Shown here: positions 30,401 to 64,000 of the stretch, one piece after another
How positions within the stretch are numbered: the first letter of the stretch is position 1
Layout of the letters: the number at the start of each line of letters is the position of its first letter
Origin: Camelus dromedarius
Lineage: Eukaryota
Assembly: GCF_036321535.1 (NCBI RefSeq)
Contig: NC_087451.1
Span: 32,178,001 to 32,242,000 of the forward strand
Reading direction: 5' to 3'
DNA: 64,000 bases
Notes under the pieces: model-generated
The model's database searches: none
What the model was told of the DNA's origin: nothing
What the model saw: only the letters and a program-made list of their open reading frames with translations
Translations under genes and position numbers: made by a program

Positions 30401-33400
30401 TGGGCCCTGGGAAAGGGAGCCAGCCTTTGCTGAGTCCCTGCTCTGAGACACCTGGTGTTCCTTGACCTATTAATCAGCACAGCAGCCAGGTAGAGATGGG
30501 GTGGCGCTCCCGTTTTGCACATGAGCCATGGGTGGCTCGCCCTGAGGTGGGAGTGCACGTACACCCGTGTCCATGTGACTCTGCAGACCCGCCCTCGGGC
30601 TTGCCCCTGCTCCCTGCCTCGCCTTCTGCCTTGGGCACGTTTGGGCAGGAATGCCCACCCTGCGCCCCTGACGCTCACGTTAGTCCTCAGTCACTTAGAT
30701 ACTTTGAATTCTGAGGCGTGTGCCAGCCTAGGAGGTAGGGACATCCTGGGGGCTTTTCTGCCTGAGCAGGTATCTTGGGTGACACTGTGGTGGAGGCTGG
30801 CAGCAGGAAGACATGGTCTGAGCCCAGCTCTGCCGTTAACTGACCATGGTACCAGGGGAGCCCTGGGATTTTCTGGGCATGAACACTGCATTAGGTGACC
30901 TCTCAGAACCCTGGTAGCTCTGATTTATGTCTGGGTCTCTTCAGGAACTGTTTGATCGGTGTGAGAACAAGAGGCGGACATTATTCAAACTAGCCAGTGA
31001 GACAGAGGACAATGACAATAGTTTGGGTGAGTGAAAGGCAAAGAGTGGTTGATGAGGATGACCAGGGAATTTGGATCTGTTTGTGGTGGGGAAAGTTGTT
31101 CTGGCCAGGAGTGAAAAGTCTCTTTCCTTCTCTAGGGGACATCCTGCAGGCCAGTGACAACCTCTCCCGGGTGATCAACTCTTACAAAACAATCGTTGAA
31201 GGGCAGGTCATCAATGGTGAGGTGTCTACCTCAGCCATGCCCAACTCTGAAGGTAAAATGTTCTAGTCCCCACTCCAGCCCAGCCCTAGTCCCCACCTAC
31301 AGGCCACGGTGCAGGTTGACCAGTGTGTCATCCCTCAGGCCTCGAGGGGATTCTCCAGCTTCCCAGAGGCTGGGAGATACGCTCAGCAGGGTCTTCCCTG
31401 CCCAGCGCCTCCACTTGCTTTTCACGTTCCCCAGGCACAGGCGCCCTCAGATTAGGCCAGAGGCTGTGCACGGAGTTCTGCCTCCTGTACAGCTATTAGA
31501 GGGGCCTCTATTCCTGTCTCCTGTTCATCCATCCAGGAAACAACCACTCCAGTAACCAAGGCACTCTCATCGACCTTGCTGAGTTGGATGCACCGAGCAG
31601 CTCCTCAGCCCCTGCCCCCACCTCCTTGGACATCCCTGTCCTCCCTCCACCCCCGCAGGCCTCGGGAGGTGGGTGCAGCCACTCCTGCAGCCAGGCCGAG
31701 GCACCCCCAGGACCCAACAGCGCAAGCAACGCCCTCTGCCTGTTGGACGAGGAGCTGCTCTGCTTGGGTGTGTCCTGGGAGGGGGCGTAAAGGGCTTCTG
31801 GTGGTGTCGGTAAAGAGGAAAGGTGTATGGGATCAGGAGGACATCCGAGGGGGACCCTGTGTGCTTTAGCAAATGTGAGAAGGAGGCTTCAGTGTCCCTC
31901 AGGCCATCGGTGTGCGTGTGGACTGCAGGGTGGATACAGTGGACCCAGTGTATTGCTCTGCTTCCCTCTCCCTGGGGCTGTCATTGTAAGGACTACAGAG
32001 GATCCATTCCCCTCTAGAGGCTGCTTGGGGGCACCTGCCTCCCTACTTCACCCATTGACCTCACTTTTGTCATGTGACCCTTCCTCAGGCAGGTGGGGTG
32101 GGAGCTGCCCGAGCCCAGAGCCCTTCTCACCAGGCTTCTCTGTTCCCAGGCCTCACTGACCCAGCCCCCAGTGTTCCTCCCAAAGAGTCAGCTGGTAACA
32201 GCCAGTGGCCCCTGTTCCAGGTAAGGGCACAGTTGCCATCACTGAAGGGCTCTATAAACGTGACTTACTAGGATCCTCCCCTTTTCCTGACTAGCTCTCA
32301 GCTGCTGTTAGCTGCGACCAGCTGGCTGTCCTGACCTCCTAGGTCAGTGCCCTGGGTGCAGCTGGGATCACATCCAAGTACTTCCCTGCCCTGTCCTCGG
32401 AGGGCTGCTCGTCCAGAAGGGTTGCAGTAGGGTCCTGGGCAAAGGAGGAGGCATGCCCACACCCTCTGCTGCCTGCAGGGCCCTCCACGCTCCACTCATT
32501 CACGCTTTCCATTCCCCATAGAATGAACAGTCGGACCTGGACTTCTTCAGCTCCAAACCGGGGACTGGTACCTGTAGCCCCTCAGATGGGCGTCTCCTCC
32601 AGCCCTCCGCACTCCCCGCAGGCAACTCCCAGGCTCCTGTGGTCCCAGCCAGCGTTGCTGCCCCCAAAGCAGGCTCCTTTTTGTTCCCTACTGGACTGGC
32701 CCCAGCTTCGGCCCCAAAGGCTGAGCCCGCAGCTCCTGGGTACCATGGTTCATGTTTGGGCGACAGCACCACGCACCAGCTGGATGCGCTCGATCAGCTT
32801 CTAGAAGAGGCCAAAGCGTAATGAGTGGGAGATAGCGGGTGTGCGGGAGGTGGGCAGGCCCAGAGGCAGCTGCCGAGGGGTTGAGGGTGCTCCCTTTTAA
32901 CCTGGTCTGCCAGGCTGGAATCTGGAAGCTAGGGAAGGGGAGAGGATCCAGCTCTAGCCTGGGAGGCCTTCGCAAGGGGCGGCCCAGCAGCTCTGCCTGG
33001 TCTTTGATTTGCCTTGTTCTCCTTCCTGCCTCCCAGGACCTCAGGCCTGGTGAAACCTGCCTCCGCCAGCTTCTTCCCTGGGGCTACCACCTCCCCTCTG
33101 ATCCCCACCAGCACCTCAGCTAGGCCTCTCCTCCCCTTCTCCACGGGGCCCGGCAGCCCTCTTTTCCAACCACCTGCCTTCCAGTCCCAGGGCAGCCCCA
33201 TGAAGGGGCCCGAGCTCTCCCTGGCCAGTGTCCACGTGCCCCTGGAGTCTATCAAGCCTAGTAGGTGTTGGAGGTTTGGGGTAAGAGGGGAGGCGGGGCT
33301 TGCGGTGTGGGGAGTGGAAGGGGTGGGGTGGGCCGCTCTCCTGCTGTTTGAGCCTTGCTTGTTCCTGCCTCAAATTCTCAGGAAGCTCTGATAGAGGCTC

Positions 33401-34281
33401 CTCCCCAGACTCCTCCAGGGAGCCTCATCACCACAGGGTCCCCTCGCCCTCCCCACTTGGCTGCAGCTCTCTGTTGGGCATCTTCGGCCCTCTCCCCTTA
33501 GACAATCACGTGCCACCTTCTTACAGGTAGCGCCCTTCCTGTGACAGCCTATGATAAAAACGGCTTCCGCATCCTCTTCCATTTTGCCAAGGAGTGCCCT
33601 CCAGGCCGGCCAGACGTGCTGGTGGTGGTAGTGTCCATGCTGAATACGGCACCCTTGCCTATCAAGAGCATCGTGCTGCAGGCGGCAGTGCCCAAGGTAC
33701 CCCCAGCTTCCTGGGGCCTCTGGAGGCAGAAATTACGTTTCTCTTGCACCACTGCATCCAGGAGGCAGCATGTGTTCACTGTGGCCTTACCTGGTTCTGT
33801 CTCAGGGGCACCTGCCGTCTCTTCAAAGGTGCTTCTCTCTCTCTCTTTAGTCAATGAAAGTAAAGTTACAGCCACCGTCTGGGACAGAACTCTCTCCGTT
33901 TAGCCCCATCCAGCCACCTGCAGCCATCACCCAGGTCATGCTGCTGGCCAATCCACTGAAGGTGAGCTTGAACCAGGACTGCAGCCTAACGCTCTAGGTG
34001 TCCCCAGTTTAGGGCCTTGGGATGACTGCCTCCCAGTTGTGATGCTGCAGCCACTAACCTGCGTCCCTTCTCTGCCCTGGTCCAGTGGCTGAGTACGGAA
34101 GGGGTGGTAGGAGCAGAGCCCCAAGGGGATTGGAGAGGAGGGCGTCTCATGTGCTGCCTCTCTGCTACAGGAGAAGGCGAGGCTTCGGTACAGGCTGACC
34201 TTCGCACTGGGGGAGCAGCTGAGCACAGAGGTGGGCGAGGTGGACCAGTTCCCTCCTGTGGAGCAGTGGGGGAACCTATGA
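21422..34281 (+). CDS. GGA3: Clathrin adaptor GGA3, join(21422..21461,26761..26845,26975..27050,28387..28485,29169..29292,29551..29654,29789..29869,30242..30379,30945..31026,31136..31252,31537..31767,32150..32220,32522..32817,33037..33260,33527..33696,33851..33961,34171..34281), 719 aa
   Basis: 2160 nt in phase; VHS, GAT, hinge (DEELL, SDLDFF) and GAE domains match human GGA3; ends VEQWGNL*. Confidence 0.97.
25814..26027 (-). mobile_element. Short LINE-1 3' end with TSD
   Basis: ttttattgaagtatagtcagtttacaatg...; flanks g(g/a)aagggctttt. Confidence 0.8.
26761..26845 (+). CDS. GGA3: GGA3 exon 2
   Basis: ccaag|KATNPSNRQEDW...LE GG|gtgagt. Confidence 0.96.
26975..27050 (+). CDS. GGA3: GGA3 exon 3
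   Basis: cccag|PQIAVR...QALT|gtaggt. Confidence 0.96.
27604..27807 (+). mobile_element. MER20 relic
   Basis: tgtggttctcc...cctcaggggacattgggcaatgtctagaga...gaaaccctg. Confidence 0.8.
28387..28485 (+). CDS. GGA3: GGA3 exon 4 (residues 68-100)
   Basis: accag|VLEACMK...VSPK|gtcagt. Confidence 0.96.
29169..29292 (+). CDS. GGA3: GGA3 exon 5
   Basis: cttag|YLGDRV...LKRQ G|gtacgt. Confidence 0.96.
29551..29654 (+). CDS. GGA3: GGA3 exon 6
   Basis: ttcag|IVQSDP...EKSK|gtaaag. Confidence 0.96.
29789..29869 (+). CDS. GGA3: GGA3 exon 7
   Basis: tccag|LLAKLL...MVKE|gtgagt. Confidence 0.96.
30242..30379 (+). CDS. GGA3: GGA3 exon 8
   Basis: tgcag|DEARIQ...ELMK|gtaaga. Confidence 0.96.
30945..31026 (+). 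CDS. GGA3: GGA3 exon 9
   Basis: ttcag|ELFDRC...DNSL G|gtgagt. Confidence 0.96.
31136..31252 (+). CDS. GGA3: GGA3 exon 10
   Basis: tctag|DILQAS...MPNSE G|gtaaaa. Confidence 0.96.
31537..31767 (+). CDS. GGA3: GGA3 exon 11 (hinge, DEELL)
   Basis: tccag|NNHSSNQGTLIDL...DEELLCL G|gtgtgt. Confidence 0.94.
32150..32220 (+). CDS. GGA3: GGA3 exon 12
   Basis: cccag|LTDPAP...PLFQ|gtaagg. Confidence 0.95.
32522..32817 (+). CDS. GGA3: GGA3 exon 13
   Basis: catag|NEQSDLDFF...LEEAK GC|gtaatg (weak donor; phase fits exon 14). Confidence 0.92.
33037..33260 (+). CDS. GGA3: GGA3 exon 14
   Basis: cccag|TSGLVKP...ESIKP A|gtaggt. Confidence 0.95.
33527..33696 (+). CDS. GGA3: GGA3 exon 15
   Basis: tacag|SALPVTAYDK...AVPK|gtaccc. 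Confidence 0.96.
33851..33961 (+). CDS. GGA3: GGA3 exon 16
   Basis: tttag|SMKVKL...NPLK|gtgagc. Confidence 0.96.
34171..34281 (+). CDS. GGA3: GGA3 exon 17 (last)
   Basis: tacag|EKARLRY...WGNL TGA. Confidence 0.96.
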   Translation, partial: EKARLRYRLTFALGEQLSTEVGEVDQFPPVEQWGNL

Positions 34282-35897
34282 CCCCAGAAGACACTGTCAT
34301 CTGCACTTTGAAGCCCAGGCAGGCTGCCCCAAGATGGGAGGCTCTCCAGGTCCAGTCATTCTCCACGTCCTGACTGCCGTGCTTAGAGGTTTGATATGGA
34401 ACGGGGGCCCTGGGCATTGCTGCCAGGAGCCAAGCTGCTGCTGTGATGATCTCTCTTCGCCCCTAAAAGGACCTCTTTTTATTTACCTGTGTGACTTGAA
34501 GTGGCCACGTACTGTCGGGTGGGGAGTGGCCCCCAATCTGCACTCCGCCCTGGGCACATGGACCCAAGGCTGGAGTAGGCTGTTCCCCTTGTGCTGGCAT
34601 CCCCTGATGCCACAACGGGGAGGTCCCTGCAGACAGACTCAGGGCCCTCCCTCAAGGACCGTGTCCTCACACCCCCAGATGTCTCAGCCCCTGCATCGCT
34701 ACTCCGTGCTTCCCCTGGCAGGCGCCTGCTTCCACCTTCAGCGAGGTGGGCAAAGCCCAGTAGTCCCGAATGGCCCTAGGCCCACAGTAAGGAGTTGGAG
34801 TGCTGCCGAATCTCCCAACCCTGCCTTCCGTGGGCAGTGTCATCCTGGAATGGTCACTGGATGATGAGTTGTGTGCTTTTCCTGGCGGTGGCAGGCTGTG
34901 TCCTATGGACATCTCAGTAGGACAAGGAACTCAACCTATTAGAAACAGAACTTGGCCTCATGGCAGCCTAAACTAGGGATAGGAAAGAAAATGGAAGAGA
35001 ACCAGTGTTTTGCCTTCTCTGGAAGCTACTCAGCACTTTCTGGGAAAAGCGTGCCTCCTGCTGTGGGAACAGGCCATCCTACTCACTACCTCTTGCTTGG
35101 CATGAAATAAACTGCTGTCCTGCCCCTCAAGTCTCTGAAGGGGAAGACAATGCCCATCACCCTGTGTCCTCCTGCTTTGGCCTCCCCTTCCTCCCACCAG
35201 ATGGCCTGTGCTGTCGCATATGGTCGGGAACAGGAGGCCTTAGGGTTAGACACATTGCACTAGACTTCTGTCCTTACCTGCCACCCAGAAACGACTGTCC
35301 CCAGCTGCTGAGGGGCACTGTCAGCGAGATGTTGGGTCTGGAGGTGGTGAGATTAGGGGCCTTGCTTGAATCGAGTCACCAGACCCTATTGCTTTGACAG
35401 TGCTTAGCCCCAGCTGCTCCATCCAGCAGATGCAACTGGACCAGGGACTCTAGGCCTCACAAGGCGATAGGAAAGTGAGAACCACCAGCTGGGGAAAGAG
35501 CACACAGCTCACCTGAAGGGCTCAGCTGGAGGGCTCAGACTCCTCTCCAGGCAAAGGTGGCACAAGCCATGTTCCCTGATCCTTGCCAGGCATCCTTATT
35601 CTATCAAGTCATCTCCCCTTCCCTCCCATGGTTAGCAAGCAGGTTTCACTGCTTCACTAGGACAGTCAAAAGTGAATCAGTTTCACTACTTAAGGACTAA
35701 ATCCAAGAGCTTTCCAGAGATGAGCCGCTGCAGCCCTGGGAAGGTCTGTGGAATTACTATGTGGAAACATACCTTTATAATAAGCTTCAGACATTAAAAT
35801 TACTTATGAGTGTTACTCATTACTACTGAGGTCACTGCTTTGTGACAAACGACTGTACTGGATATATCAACTGCTGCCCTTGGTTTGCTGCATGTTA

Positions 35898-35903
35898 AAT
35901 AAA
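35898..35903 (+). terminator. GGA3: Candidate distal GGA3 PAS AATAAA (proximal candidate 35106-35111)
   Basis: Canonical hexamers 0.8 and 1.6 kb after the stop. Confidence 0.65.
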
Positions 35904-36316
35904 ACCATTTTCGCCCTACTTGGAATCCTTCCAGTACAGACACCATTCACCTGATGTTGGGGGTAGGTGCCCCTTACGAGTTCCAATGTAGACAGCTGGA
36001 TATGCTGGCATTCATTACCGGAGGTTTTTGTTAAAAGTGTAAGTTCCTTTTCTTTGTTAAAGGAGACAACCAGAAAGTTAACGTGAGTGTTCCAGAGGAT
36101 TCTGAGGTGAGGCCAGATTCCAGGAGCACAAGTAAACTACTGAATGGTCCTGTTGAAGTTCCTAATTAGAGGCAAGAGGGCACTACTCACCGTTCATAAC
36201 TTCTAGGGGTGCCTTTTTCTCTGAGAAGAGAGCTACCTCAGGTTTGTAGTGCAGGTAGATTAAAAACTCCCTAGATGGACTCTTAAGAACTTGCCTTACA
36301 TTTGCAAAAGAAAACA

Positions 36317-36322
36317 TTTATT
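36317..36322 (-). terminator. NUP85: NUP85 PAS AATAAA
   Basis: tttatt on + strand, about 54 nt after the NUP85 stop. Confidence 0.75.
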
Positions 36323-36375
36323 CTTTTAAAAATGTATATACATAGCCTTACAAAGATACCATGTTGGAGCTGGCT

Positions 36376-61931
<25,556 letters not shown>

Positions 61932-62245
61932 CTAGTAAAAATAATAAGGCACAGAAACAGTTATTCTTACTAAAAGTTTTGCCTTCACCTGACTTGAAAA
62001 TATAATCCTAGAAATCAGTGGTCATGAAAGTTATTAAGTGCTAATCTAGGAACACAGCTGAGTGTGGCTGAGATCAGCCCAGTCTCTTAGACTCTAAATG
62101 AACAAATGAGTTATGCTAGGCACCTCAACACAGCCTGCCACTTCTCAAGTGTTGATTAAAAAAAAAAAAGCTATACTTTGATTATTATATTGTAATTAAT
62201 GTTCTGTAGTTCAGAAAAAGGGAAGTTAAAAAAATTTAAAAGGAG

Positions 62246-62371
62246 AGGGGAGGATATATCTCAGTGGTAGAGCACGTGCTTAACATGCATGAGGTCCTGA
62301 GTTCAATCCCCAGTACATCCATTAAAAAAAAACAAACATAATTACCTACCCACCTAAACTAAAAAAAAAAA
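62246..62371 (+). mobile_element. Vic-1-type SINE
   Basis: A/B boxes, attacctacc tail, poly-A. Confidence 0.85.
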
Positions 62372-62589
62372 TTTTTAAAGAATTGAACTGTTTATTCCTC
62401 ACTAAAAAGATAGAGTCCTTGAATCCCATGGCTTCTGTATCACATCTTTGATGATGACTCAATTTTTCTCTCCAACTCAGACCAATCTGAGTCTCAGCTT
62501 CATACATCCAACTGCCTAATCCACACCTTTATAAGTTATCTAATCTCTAGAGCTCTATCCATAACATCAAGAGCCAAAGAGAACTTTTT

Positions 62590-63080
62590 AAAAACTGAAA
62601 TATAGTTGATTTACAATGTTGTATTAGTTTCTAGTGTACAGCATAGTGATTCAGTGATACATATTTATTCTTTTTCATAATAGGTTATTACAAGCTACTC
62701 AATATAGTTCTCTGTACTATACAGTTGGACCCTGTTGCTTATCTACTTTATATACAGTAGTTTTTATCTACTAATACCAAACTCCTAATTTAGCCTCCCC
62801 CTTCCCTTTGGTAACCATAAATTTATTTTCTATGTCTGTGGGTTTGTTTCTGTTTTGTAAATAAGTTTATTTGTGTCACTTTTTTTTTTTAAGATTCCAC
62901 ATATAAGTGATATATCTGTCTTTCTCTGTCTGACTTACTTCACTTAGTATGATAATCTCTAGGTCTATCCATGTTGCTGCAAATGGCATTATTTCATTAC
63001 TTTTATGGCTGAGTAGTATTCTGTTGTGTATATCAACTACAACTTGTTTATCCAATCACCTGTCAGGGGACATTTAGGTT
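62590..63080 (-). mobile_element. LINE-1 3' end
   Basis: atagttgatttacaatgttgtattagtttc...gacatttaggttgcttcc. Confidence 0.8.
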
Positions 63081-64000
63081 GCTTCCCCCAAAAAATACTC
63101 CTGATGCTCATTCCCAAACCTCATTCTACTCCCCCAGCGGGACAAAGCATTCCCCAACTATTAAGAGTAATCCTTGATTCTCTTTTCCTCATCACCTGTG
63201 TCCAATCTATCAGTAAACCCTGTTCCACCCTTAAATAAGCCTGAATCCAACCACTTACCACTTCTACTAGCCTAATACAAGCCATTGTCAACTCTCATCT
63301 GGACCACTGCTTTTCTTACATGGTTATTACCTTAAATAGATAAAAGCTCACAAGGGCAGAGGACTCTAGCATTCTCATTTACTGCCTAGAAGAGACTCTA
63401 GCACAAAGTTGGCACTCCATAAATATTGTTGGCAGACAATGAATTTGGCTGGCAATAGTCTGATCTCGAGACAAATGCATCCAGTTCTTAGGAGGGGCTA
63501 ATACAGTCATTCAACAGCTAAGCAATGTTAATTAAGCCTTTTTCTGTGCTGGGCTCTAGAACACAACAATAAGTAATACGTTCTCTGCCCTCCAGAAGCT
63601 AGCAGTTTACTGAGGAAGACCAGTATGCAAGCAGGCAGTAAGTTAGAAAAATGGTAAGGCGGAGGTACCCACAAAAGATCTATTTTACAGACTCTTAGTG
63701 GATAAGTAGGGCAGGCAAGCGGGGAGCATTATATGCACAGTGATGCTGAAGCAAATGGGTATCCATCTGCAAAAAATGAACCTCATACCACAGACAAAAA
63801 CTCACTAAAAATTAGTCACAGACACAAACGTAGAGCAATCTATAAAACTTGAAAAGCACAGTAGAAAATCTTTCTGACCTTAAAGTAAGCAAAAATGGAT
63901 GTGACACAAAAAGCACAAACTGTGGAAGAAAATTTTATATATTGAACTTGATCAAAATTAAAAACTTTTGCTCTTCATAAGATGCTGTTAAGAAAATGAA

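Overview
Mammalian euchromatic DNA, most likely a camelid: it carries seven copies of a tRNA-Ala-derived SINE of the Vic-1 type. The window is syntenic with the human 17q25.1 cluster and holds five intron-containing housekeeping genes. SLC25A19 (+) has 6 coding exons and 318 aa. MIF4GD (+) has 5 coding exons and 222 aa, with one exon hidden in an N-run. MRPS7 (-) has 5 exons and 242 aa. GGA3 (+) has 17 exons and 719 aa. NUP85 (-) shows exons 2-19, with exon 1 beyond the right edge. Exon boundaries were placed by hand from GT/AG sites, reading phase and similarity to remembered human protein sequences. MRPS7 and GGA3 share a 315-bp bidirectional CpG-island promoter. MIF4GD/MRPS7 and GGA3/NUP85 are tail-to-tail. 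The most unusual structure is in NUP85 intron 2: a full-length RPSA retrocopy is inserted, with a 12-bp target-site duplication, in the middle of an older RPS13 retrocopy. The GGA3 hinge differs at three regulatory sites described in human (caspase site D313, the S368/S372 context, and the Ser at -3 of DXXLL). No prokaryote-type system (CRISPR, operon etc.) is present, and I found no new protein-coding gene. The findings are candidate regulatory or evolutionary peculiarities, not a proven new system.
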